Below, piece after piece: positions 51,901 to 64,000 of a stretch of 64,000 nt of DNA. Both the position numbers and the translations under genes were made by a program. Origin of the DNA: Rotaria socialis. Its lineage: Eukaryota. The notes beneath the pieces were generated by a model. The model saw only the letters and a program-made list of their open reading frames with translations, was not told the origin of the DNA and ran no database searches. How positions within the stretch are numbered: position 1 is the stretch's first letter; each line of letters starts with the position of its first letter. The stretch is taken from NCBI GenBank assembly GCA_905331295.1, contig CAJNYD010000049.1:62001-126000 (forward strand). Reading direction: 5' to 3'.

Positions 51901-54900
51901 ATCAATTATTTCACTAGTTGGTTGTAGACCAAACAAAAATTTCGTTAAGCTTTAAGTTTTCAACATTAGAGAATATAATTCTACTAGCTCTAAAAATTTT
52001 GAAAAAATAACTACGAAAACTTAAACATAATGATATAAATCTGAGTAATTCTTTGCAAATATAATACTATCAAGAGTCATCTTTTATCATGGAGCTTTAG
52101 AATGATTCCATACTTGAACGTTTTACGTCATAAGCAGTTAAAATATCTGGTGTCGAAAGATCATTAGTAAAACATCTCCAAGCAAATTGTGTATCTACAT
52201 TAATTCCTGGTCCAGATACAGCAATCGTTGATCGTAATGTAGAATACAATGCTTGGTTAAATACAGTAAAGCATGTTTGAATACTAAGATCAATTGATTT
52301 TGGTGCTTGTTCACAATATGAAGAAAAAAGATTATATAGTTTATTTTCTTTTTGATCGACCAAATGAAAATTTTCTATAGAATCATCTAAGGCTAGAAAC
52401 AATTCTTCGGCACGTAGTATGAAGTTGGTGTCTTCCTATAAAAGAGTAAATTAAATTAAATTGATATATTACTCGAAAACATTTTACAGGTACAGAAGTA
52501 ATCTTATTTAATAGTTGATCTTCATCCACAAGCATGAAATCATTCGTATCCGATAGTAGTTGTAAATTAAATGCTAATGGACTTGTATTCATGAGTTTTA
52601 TTACATGACGACTAGAATATTATAGGCATACAAATATTTTACAAACAGATATTTATATAAAGTAAGTAAATTCTTACCCGGGTGGTACTGTCAAGAGAGC
52701 AGCTTTCGTTGCTGTTGTATGAAGACGAAGAATAGGTTGTCCCATAGTGACTGATTTCCATGAGTGAATTTCCGCTATAAGTGACCCGACCTGTGGTATG
52801 ATTTCTTTTTGTGATACTACAAAAAAACAAATCTTTATTCTTTTCGTGGTTTAACGAGTGAGCCATAAAGAATCGCATTATTTATTTGTTTTGAAATTAT
52901 TTTCGATATCATTTACTCGATCGAACGACGCTTGGTATCAATTTAGAGATTTTCAGAGAAAATTTTGAAAAAAAACTATACTCCAGTCGAACTAGAAACT
53001 TGTCCAAAACATATTGACAAAATACAGCAAGCAAATATAAATAGTTCTACACATTTACCATGAAACTTTGTCCTGTTATCATGTAACTAAGAACAAATAG
53101 ACTAGATCTAAACCATCAAGTCACTTATAATTTCTGTTGCTAATTTTACTAAAGAGGGTAGGTCACCAAGTGTTCAATCGCTTTCAAGTCAGAACTATGT
53201 GTGTCACGTAGACCCCAGTGAGGTATGAAAAACTCCAAAAGGATAAGAGCGGATAGGCCTTCTGTCCAGAGTTATAGTCATTTTACTAAAATTTTAGTAA
53301 AATGACTATAACTCTGGACAGAAGGCCNAATCGAATATCAGTATTTTGACCTGAAATTTTGCCCATCGACAGGTCTCTTTGTGAGTAGAACACTCTGAAA
53401 TTTTCAGCTCAAAAGAATGTTTCGTTTCCGAGATATTAAAGTTCCAAAAAGCACTCATATTTCACGACAGATACTAAAATGTTCTGATTTTTGAGACTTT
53501 AATATTTCGGAAACGAACCATTCTTTTGAGCTGAAAATTTCAGAGCATTCTATTCACAAAGAGGTTTGTCAATGGGCGAAATTTCAGGTCAAAATACTGA
53601 CATTCGATTTGTTGATATATACTATGGCAGAGGCTAAAATTTCAGTAAAATGACTATAACTCTGGACAGAAGGCCTATCCGCTCTTATCCTTTTGGAGTT
53701 TTTCATACCTCACTGGGGTCTACATGACACACATAGTTCTGACTTGAAAGCGATTGAACACTTGGTGACCTTCCCTCGTAAGAAGGTGTTTATACATTAT
53801 TGCTAGATTTACATAAGATGAAGTCGATAATAAAATACTATTACAATTCATCGAACGAACTACGTGAAACAATTTACTACGATGTAAAATATAGAAAAAA
53901 TGCAACATTATCGGGTAGAACTAAATGATATGCTCACGGTTGATACTACTATTATCAGCTTATCTGAAAAACTCACGTGACTATATTGGTTACATGTGAT
54001 ATACTAATTATTTTACGGGAAATTCTGTAAATATAAACAATGCAATTCTTTATGATATATCTGATATGAATTCGTTTTTAAGAAAGAAAACCTGTTCTTT
54101 TAGCCAAACTTGCATCAATGGAAACTTTTTCAGTCGTAGCAGTTGTACCCCGGGCAAGTTTTTCATTTAATACAATATTTTCATGTAATGTAGCATCGTA
54201 CCATCGTGATAAACTTGTTAAGCTAACAATTAACTCAATATTTTTATTTTGTGTTTCGCGTGTACTATCAACAAATACATATAGTGAAGATCTATCGTCT
54301 TGTAAATTCTAATTAATTTAAAATGAAAAGTTAGGATAAATGATGAGAGAACAAAATATCTCACTGGTATTTGCTGAACAATCGACTGATTAGGCTCTTT
54401 TTTCTTTTCTTTTACAACAGAACCTACAGGCTAAAGAAAAGAAAAGAAAATCTACATATGATACAATCAAATGACGAACATTTTTATTCTTACATGTTGA
54501 TATGGAACAAACTAAAATTGATTGATGTGTAGTAATGAACTAAGTTTTATAAAAAGAAAAATTTCTCTTACTTTTAGTTCCGTATATTTATCTCTATGTC
54601 GATAACCGTGAGGATTATGAAAAACGATAATTGAACTAAAAAATTTATAGACAAAGATACTAGATTTGATAAAGCAAAGATGATTGTTTTCAACTGACGT
54701 AAAACAAGCACAAAAATCATCGAAATCCATCCATATTTTTGGTGTCATATGCGTTGTTTTTTTTGATTTTCGGCTAGGTAGTCGAACACTTTGTTGTTCA
54801 ACGTTATTTCCTATTGTTGGTGCATCGATTCTTGATGTAAGTTGATCACTTTCACCACCTAAGAATTTATTTAATTCTCATCTTATTATGGCGAATGAAA

Positions 54901-57900
54901 AAGAAATAGTGACCATTGAATATGTTTCTTTAGTCGAAGTCATTAGCAAGCATCTGAAATATTGCCTCGAGTTCTTAAGTGACACGAAAAAAGTTTCATA
55001 ATAGATTTTTAAATATTCTAAATAGACTAACTAGTAGAAATGTAATCATTTACCACCATTGCTCAGATGATCAGCGTCAAAATCCTCAATCAATTCAGTT
55101 CTAGCGCTTCTTAATAGTGAATATTAGTATTTATGTGCTTATCAAGACAAGTAATAGTTCTTAGATCATACACGTAGATATGTGTGCAGCTAATTTATTT
55201 ACTAGTTAAATCAATAATAATGTTAAATTAAGAATCGTTCAATTCGAAAATGAAAACTACTCAGTGGACAATAGCAAAGCAAAAGAAAAGTACGGTGCTA
55301 GAAAAAAAATAAAATCTCTTTCGAATGTACACATAAAATAAAATGTTTCCCTAGCTATTGATTAGTTTTAGAAAATAATTGTTTTTATTGGTTCAAGATT
55401 TTTCTGTTGAAGAAATTTTTGTTCTTATAACGAACCTCACGAGCACCCATTATTCCCTTAATTTTAGTTTCAAACGAGTTGTATTGACTCAGCTAATTGT
55501 TTTACGTGATTCTAACCTTTAGTTTTCATTGATACAGTATCAGACGATATTTTTGTACCAATAACAGCAGATTTTTGAGGAGTCTATTTGAAATTACATT
55601 TAATTTATACGTAAAATAACTACTTTCGTAAGCATACTTTCATTCGATCGATTGGAATTTCAATTTTAGATTTGCTTTCTGAACTACGCAGAGATCCATC
55701 GGGATTCTCGTGAATAATATTTGCAGTTGACTGTAAAAAATTATAATTTCGTTGTTTAAATTAAATCTTTAAAAATAAAATGCTCACATCTTGTTTTGCC
55801 AATGAAAAACTTAAATTTCTATTATTTTGAACAAGTTCAATGTTCGATTCGAGCTTTAACTTTCCATTTTCAATATCTTCCTCTTCGTCTATTTCAATAA
55901 TATTTGAATGATCAGGTACCGTAAAATGCTTGACAGATCGATTTAAGTGTGAAGATATATTTAGAGTCCTATAAATAAATTGATGTTTATAATGTTGTCT
56001 AAATAAAACGAAGTTCGAATATCTCACCCGATATGATGGAGGATCGAATGCGATCGAATAGTTGGTTTTCTGCATAAACAATACATATTAAAATATAGCT
56101 TTTCTAAAAAAATATGAAGTTTACATATTAAGTGCACTTGCTGTTGGATAATTTATGTAGGGCGAAGTAATTTCAATCCAACGTTCAGGTTTCGATTCAT
56201 GCGGAACTGAAAGAAAAACTCTAAAATGTCAAGATATCTACTTTTCATAACATTATATTTACCAATGGGTTCAGCGTAAGGTAATACTTTCGGTTTTTTT
56301 GGTCGAATCAATTTCCAAGAAGGTACATACTCTAGTGATGAAGGCGGTTCTAATGGAATATCTCGAATAGATGTGAGTAACATTGATGTTGAAAACGTAT
56401 CATTTAAATTATAACGTCGTAATCGTTCACGTCTATCAGCTGTTTCTCTATGCGAACTCATAAGTGTTGGTTGTGAATGTAATGTAGTTCCGAAAACAAT
56501 CAATTTTGGTGCTTCAGGAATCATGAGATCATCAAAAGAAAGTCCAGAATCATCCATGGTAGTTCCACGACCACATACACTTAATCGTTTTGCCTCTCTA
56601 GAAATGCTGACATTTGAACTAGCATCTGAAAACAAAATTTTCTAATTGTATACTGATTGAAAGATTTTACTTGATCGATTTTCTTTGTGACTGGGCGTTT
56701 TCGCTACTAATGAATCTTTCGGAATATGCAAATGATTGGACGATTCTGTTCTATTGAGTTTTTTACCATGTGAATGATCTGATGAATTCTTTTTTTAAAA
56801 AATGCAAATCAAGTAGAAAATTCTAGTGAAATAGAGAGAAAAAAACTGCTTGAAATTTACATTTATCAATACTCGTTCTCCAGGTAGATGAACTTTTAAA
56901 TCAGGCCATTTAAATAATGGTACAGGCCCAAAAGATGACATGTTCTTATTAACTTCACTCGCGTTACCAGAAACATATTGATTAGAACGATCATAGCGGA
57001 GAAAATTCCATATTTTTTCAGCATGAGTATATCTGCAAAGAGAAAAACTTGTCTTTATATTTCTTTTTGGATTAGTTTTTATTACTTCAGAGGAATAAAT
57101 TCTGGTACCCAACCAGTAAGTGAATGAATTACTGAAGCGTCACTGGATTCAAGAATATCATTCGATGCATTGAAACTATATCACCATAGAAACTATTCAT
57201 AAAGAAAGGTTTTTTTCTTCTTCTAAATTTTCCTACTCGAGAGAAATTATTTTTAATAAAGCTTTCGATAAAAGCATTGGCCAAAGTTCATGTGGCAATG
57301 ATGTCTGCGGTAGAAGACACCGATTTTCAGAGTCAAATGGAATAGTATCATCAATAATAATCTTACGCCAGGCACCCTAGCAATAAAATTAATTAACAAA
57401 AATTAAAGTTGAAGTTTTCTTTTATAATAACAAACCAGAAAGAAAAGTCGAACAACATATTTGCCTGAAGGATTATATGGAGTAATGAATGGCTGTTTAG
57501 ATACTTTATTCAATGCATATATGTGTTCCTGATATAAATAGAAAAATAGTTATTCATAGAGTGAAGATAAGAACAAACCCAAGGACGCCATGTTCTTTCA
57601 ATTCTTCTATTAGATTCATTCGTGTTGTCGGATGTTATATTAGTATTTTTGTAACGTTCTTTTCGACAAATATCCCAGAGAGCTGTAATTTCACTGATGA
57701 TTTTTCGCATTATCTTTATTAAAGAAAATCCTATTGAATTAAGAAAAAAACAATTCCATAAAAATTTACTTCACTATGATGTAAATGTTGATTTGGCTTA
57801 ACTAAATCAAAACTTTGAATGCCAATATCAGTATCAACGACAACCGGAGACTATTGTATTTCAAAAATGGTGCTTTCGATTTTAATTCGAACAATTTTCT

Positions 57901-58338
57901 TACCTTATCAGTTGTCAAAAATTCACTGGGCCGTTTCCATTGTTCTATTTTCAATGATGGAGGAAGCTCGATTTTACCTTCAGGATCTTCAAAAGCATGT
58001 GTACCCTTAAACATCATTCATATAATTAATGGAACGTTTATATTATTATCATACTGTTGAGGCGTTTATTTTTATGTCAATACGACTTCGGACAGAAGCT
58101 GTATCTTTCTTTTTTACAGTTCCTGTATCCCATGATTCCGTATTAACATCTGTTTCATTCCATTCAGGCCACATTGGTGCTAACCGAAATTGTCTATTGT
58201 CGATAAGTCTAAATTTTTAAGAATTGAAATAAATTAAAAGAAAACAAACAAGAACGCTAAAACAAATGAAAACCTTGACACCCGATTTCTACGTCGGCGA
58301 TTACCAGTAACAAATTTTGATGATATAGAACGATGCAT
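47727..58338 (-). CDS. ADGB: Androglobin (calpain-like domain + circularly permuted globin + IQ motif), multi-exon
   Basis: Recognisable peptides: WPEWNETDVNTESWD, FEDPEGKIELPPSLKIEQWKRP, ELWPMLLSKALLKI, IWMDFDDF, IQ motif IQKSIRGFLQRR (~51100-51135), PHWILRIISD, KRAWETLQAGRA. The start codon is tentative. Confidence 0.9.
53153..53780. mobile_element. Palindromic Tc1/mariner-type MITE in an androglobin intron
   Basis: Near-perfect long inverted arms (GAGGGTAGGTCACCAAGTG... / ...CACTTGGTGACCTTCCCTCG-TA). Confidence 0.85.
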
Positions 58339-59821
58339 TTTTAATATTTTGCCATGTTTAGCATAAGAATGGTCTAGTTTTAGATAGGTAACTCTCAAGA
58401 CAATACTATTTTATTATCACAACCATTTTTATTGAAATAGATAAGACAATATTCTCAACGATTATATCAATTTTGACATCAACATTCATAATAGAGGGCA
58501 CTGCTTAACATAACAAACACGTCAATTCAATTTATTAAACTATATATAACCACTATTTATTGTATAGAATCCAACTTTTAAATTCATTAATGCAACGATA
58601 GAGCGTCAAAAGAACTTAGACATTGTGTTAAGATTCATCGCAAATTTCTCTTTTTCAATGAAACCATCCTTATGATATAATATTAAAAAAGAAGAATTTT
58701 GATCTATCTAAAATCTACAAACCTATCTGTCCAATCCATGGTTGACGACAATCGACGATCTCTAAACGTCGAATATTGTCTTGAATATCGTTCATCATAA
58801 TCAAACGTAAATTTTGATGAATAATGAACTAGTTTAGTAACCGTTGTATAATGTTTCATGATTTGACAAAGTATTGAATTTAGTTCTGATGTTTCTCTTC
58901 TAGTTATGTTGCATAGAAACCAATTGTAGTCGAGAGTCAAAGCAAAGAAGAAGAAGAAAAAGCTTTTATTCAAAAAATTTGATTACATATGATAACAGTA
59001 GGGAGCGCATGATCACCTGTGGCGTTCATGGAATTGTGCATAGGCTTCTATTTCGATTCTTTTTTAATGCAACATTTGACATACTGCTAATCAATGAACA
59101 TAAAAAACTACTGTACAAAATGTTTTTTTATTATCTAGAGAGCATGTAAAATTGCTATGGAAAACATGTGTCTAGCAGTCCACTACTGTTTCTGTTTGAG
59201 TGAAACCGATTATTAATTTTGTGACCTCATCTTCTTGTTAAACAACTATAATGTGTAAAGAATTCAAACATATAGATGGAAATGCTTCATCATTTACCTA
59301 TAATACAATACAGTATCTTATACTTCCAGCTGTTGAAAAATTTTCCAATGCTACAACTGTCATTACAATAACATTTGTGTATAAAATTATCGATTTCTAG
59401 CATCGATCAAAATGAAATCGGCCTTTGCTAACCGAAGTAGCAGCAAACAGACGACTTTCCAAATGTACACTATAGAAGGGGACCCCTTCAATGGCAAAAT
59501 CCCTCTTTTCCATTTTTCGACAAACTTCAATAAAGTTATTCTGGAACTTTTATGGATGTCCTTCAAAAAGAAAAAAAATTACCTCAACTTTTTTAGCCAA
59601 AACAAATCATCAGGCTATCAATGTTCAGGAAGGCACACTTTATACGATATTAGAAATCAGATACTTTCTTTGTTTGAATTCCAGTTTTTCTCGAATCCAA
59701 GTTCGAATCATGTATTTCATAACTAAAATTCTCCCATTAATCAACATATTCACGATATTATAATTTAGATAGCTAGAAAAAAAGTGCTTCGAATGACATA
59801 TATATGAAGTGTAGGTTTCAA

Positions 59822-61825
59822 TTAGCTGAGAGTGATTTTCAGCATCGTCACAGAATGATAATCTATTTTTGGTGATGTGTAATTACCAGTAAATGTTCCA
59901 ATATCTTTTCGTGCCCATAAATCACGTACAACAGCTGAATGATCAACCGGAAAACCAATGTCCTTCCAATTCACTGTAATCGATTCGCTTCCGAAATCAT
60001 TTCGATTGAGTAATACAACAGCTTGTGAACCATTCACAAGTGGCCCAGCCCACACTTCAAGGTTCGCTTTCAATGTTAAACATTCACCATTGTGTTTACT
60101 CCGAACAGTTCCGTCATTCGGACTCCATAACCATGCTTGATTATCTTGCTTATTGCATGAGAATGCATCCACACTTGGACCATCAAAATCATATACATCC
60201 AAACTAAATCATTCAAATGAAAGGTCCCGCATAGATATCGTTTCAACTTACCATTTTCCATTCATTCGACTGACAACACTTTGATCAGAAGTATTAATTG
60301 TCCACTGTTGATTTTTTCCTTGACATTGTGCATTCGGATCATTAATTTGGCATTCACTCACTACAATATTGGCAGCTTCTGATGTACTGCAACTATCGAT
60401 TGATAAACATTGACCATTAAGCTTAGATCGAATCGAACCATCTTGAGGATTGTATGACCATTGTAAACGTTCAGGTGCGATAGTTGCTGAGAACGATGTA
60501 CAATTAGTCACAGCTACGTCACTTGACGAATTTGGTAGTTGTGATGATCCGAATGCAACTTTTTTGCCTTGAACACCAAGTGGATCTTGATTGACAGCAA
60601 TGACTTCAGGATTGGTAAGAGTTGCTAACGTAGCTGCACTCATCTTACTGACATCACATCCAATGAGAAGTGGTGCTTTGCTTATGGCCCAAAGAGAAAA
60701 ATGTGAGACATATTCGGAGTCGGTCATTCCACCATTTCCAACTTCGAGCACTGAATATATATGAGATGACGGACGGGGAGAGAGAGAGACAGAGAGAAAT
60801 ATCAATATTCGAAAATAGAGTATATAGCTAGTATAACTTACTATCAGGATCATTCCAACCACCTGGACCTGCTTTATCTGCAAATTCATTATTCTAAATG
60901 GAGAAGGGAAGAAATGTCGAGAATTTGTGAATGTAATTGATAGTCATACAATGTCAATGTTGTCCAACATTGATTTCCATTTATCACTTATATCTCCAGT
61001 TGTTCTCCAACTGTTACCAACATTGGGTGCCCACAAAGCTGGCTTATCAACGCCCCATTCTATAGAGCAGAGTAGTAGAAGAGAATATGCCGCAAATCGG
61101 TGTACATACCACACATCGAGTAAAAGATTGATCGTCCACTGGCATTCAATGCATCTCTCATAACCGGATATCTCACTTCTGGAATTGTTCCATCACTGTT
61201 ACAGTTATCATATTTTAAATAATCTACACCCCATGCAGCATATGTTTTAGCATCTATTATTTCATAGTGTAAGGAACCGGGTCTACCAGCACATGTTTTG
61301 AATCCAGCATCTAGTATCATAAAGTAAAGATTTTGATTTTGCTGTTAAGAAGAAGCACAGTGTCATGATAATTTTACCTGAATAAAGGCCGTATTTCAAT
61401 TTTCGCGAATGAACATAATCCACTAATGCAGGAATACCACTTGGAAAAGCGTTTGGGTCAGCTTGAATGGTGCCTTGAGAATCTCGACTAACTTGCCAAC
61501 AGTCATCCATATTTACTAAAGGTGAACGAAATAGATTTAATCTCTGTACTAATTGTTTGCTAAAAATAAAACAAACCATATTGGTATCCGGCAGCAGCGA
61601 GACCTGTTGCTACAATGGTATCTGCTGTTTGTTGAATAAGTTTTTCATTGATATTACAACCAAAATGGTTCCAACTATTCCAACCTAAAGAAAAATAGGT
61701 TACCAGTTATCTAGAGAATATTGATGCATCGTACCCATCTGTGGAGTTCGACCGAGACCATTGTTGAGTTGATTAGAATCCGCAATGAAAAGTAGTAAGG
61801 CAACGAGTTTCAAGAAAGTCATCAT
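59822..61825 (-). CDS. Secreted GH27 alpha-galactosidase with inserted ricin-B (CBM13-like) module
   Basis: Signal peptide [17 protein letters not shown]. Motifs [56 protein letters not shown]. QxW/Cys ricin-type repeats precede the C-terminal LEVWAGPL...VRDLW sandwich. Confidence 0.93.
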
Positions 61826-63402
61826 ATGTCACTCGACGTGTGTAGTGTAGAATATCAGTGCCTTAAGAAAAGTTAGAATGGTTCCATGTATGTGTTCGAT
61901 GTTGCTGGCGAGACAGGAGGCATATGATGATAAGCGAGGGTAAGATTAGCTTCAGTTGTGTGTATTTTTGCTTTATTCAGCGTTAACAGATGCCAATCGG
62001 TGTTTTGTTCTCACGGGTGGCTCTTTTAAGTAGACATACCATTAAGAAACCCTTGATTAAGTAGAGTATAAGAAATATAGGTAGAAGTATGATTTAAAAA
62101 AATAAAACTTTGTAGCGGTATTAGAGGCAGCATGACCTATAGTGATGATATATGTTGCAAGTGAAAAATTCAGAAAAATGTTTTTCTAAACGAGACTTGT
62201 TTAATATAGATGAAGAACTAATACAATTGGCTATGATAGTTGCCAAGAGATAGAATTTTTAGCACAAATGAGAAACTATTCTGCATATTTCGCAATTGTA
62301 TACGATCTAGGACAAAGTTTGAAGTGAGAAAACATTTTTGTTTTAGTGTTCTACGATATAGCTAATAAATCAATACCGTGCGTCCCCTGGATCTGGTTAC
62401 TTTGTTTCCGATCGTTCTAATATGATTTTGAACCACATAGCTACTCTATCATACGTAAATTGAATCATTTTCAGCTTGAAAACTTTTGAATATTAACTAA
62501 AGTTGTTATATACACACTCTTGAAACGATGAAAGGCCAAGCTCACTGCTTATATTTAAATATTGATTGAACTACTTCATGATGTATTGTTTAATATATGT
62601 TTTCCCAGTCAAAACTGCTTTTTATTTTGAAATTCCAAGAAAGCTGCCAAGAATTTCTCCTCATTGGATGAAATGTTTCATTTCAACAACTGGCATTACA
62701 GTTCTTGAAAAAATCTATGAAGCAAAATTGAGCTTTATCATTGAAAAAAGAATCATTTTTGCGATAGGTTACGATCAAAACGCATTGTATTATCAAAAAT
62801 CATATACAATAGTATTTTAAGACACATATATTTCATATACTGCTTCTATGCTACGACCTTGATGATAGTATTTTTTTCACCACAATTATATGGGATTATC
62901 CCAAAATCTGACCGGAATATCTCATGAGATGAAGCAATGCATACGTAGTACTATAATAATACTATTTATAATACTTTTCTTACATGCTATTGGATCTTTT
63001 GACTCATGAAACTAGCATTATGAATAAATCTATTGGTAATCTGTTGAATTCACAACAAAGTAAATTTTAGTACACCTGTCAACAGATATGGTACAGTAAA
63101 AGATTTTTCTACAAACACAATCAGACGAAAAATCGCAAGCAGAACCGCTGAAAACAAAACTTAAAACAAATAATACGACTCTAAACGACTAAAAGAAAAT
63201 ACTACGCAGAATGCTAAACATGATATCTCTCTGAAATAATTCCAATCAACTAACTAACAATAATACCTCCAAAAACCTGATCCACAAATGAAAACATTCC
63301 AATCTTACTGATTTAATTCAATCAAAAAGCCATTCACAAAAAGCACACAAAAACTAATGCACCACTAAAGTAAATCAAAGGTCAGTTTAGATGTGTTCTT
63401 CT

Positions 63403-64000
63403 CTACATTGTGAGCGTAATGTTCAACATCATCACAGAATGATGATCTATTTTTGGTGATGTGTAATTACCAGTAAATGTTCCAATATCTTTTCGTGCCC
63501 ATAAGTCACGTACAACAGCTGAATGATCAACCGGAAAACCAATGTCCTTCCAATTCACTGTAATCGATTCGCTTCCGAAATCATTTCGATTGAGTAATAC
63601 AACAGCTTGTGAACCATTCACAAGTGGCCCAGCCCACACTTCAAGGTTCGCTTTCAATGTTAAACATTCACCATTGTGTTTACTCCGAACAGTTCCGTCA
63701 TTCGGACTCCATAACCATGCTTGATTATCTTGCTTATTGCATGAGAATGCATCCACACTTGGACCATCAAAATCATATACATCCAAACTAAATCATTCAA
63801 ATGAAAGGTCCCGCATAGATATCGTTTCAACTTACCATTTTCCATTCATTCGACTGACAACACTTTGATCAGAAGTATTAATTGTCCACTGTTGATTTTT
63901 TCCTTGACATTGTGCATTCGGATCATTAATTTGGCATTCACTCACTACAATATTGGCAGCTTCTGATGTACTGCAACTATCGATTGATAAACATTGACCA
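63403..64000 (-). CDS. Second tandem GH27 alpha-galactosidase, 3' part only
   Basis: Nearly identical to 59860-60416 (offset 3584 bp), including the last intron. Confidence 0.92.

Noticed and set aside
53256..53328. Perfect ~72-bp palindrome ending at a single N inside the intronic MITE
   Set aside because: It replaces the sequence expected from the opposite arm and ends at an N, so it is most likely a contig-join artefact.
58600..59380. Possible small minus-strand exons between ADGB and GH27 (ORF 58704-58973)
   Set aside because: Splice sites are plausible, but I could not build a coherent model or recognise the product.

Overview
AT-rich eukaryotic DNA with ~50-70 bp GT-AG introns. Gene content, intron size and (TGTGGG/CCCACA)n repeats point to a bdelloid rotifer (inference). 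The left half (1-34.3 kb, ending at a 100-N gap) looks like an accessory, possibly subtelomeric region. It holds a giant intronless ORF (>=3269 codons, missed by the ORF track because it runs off the window) with a SecA-type ATPase, an ADP-ribosyltransferase gene spliceable to an NHL propeller exon with an in-frame TGA, and a secreted Cys-rich/Kelch protein. It also has many MITEs, including a composite hAT doublet with an 8-bp TSD, and a tandem 215-bp repeat whose units each carry a minimal type I hammerhead ribozyme followed by telomere-complementary (ACACCC)n. The right half is more conventional: RPL29, an uncharacterised gene, a PDZ protein, androglobin (apparently lacking the proximal His) and two tandem, near-identical GH27 alpha-galactosidases with an inserted ricin-B module. 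All exon models are manual and unconfirmed by RNA data.
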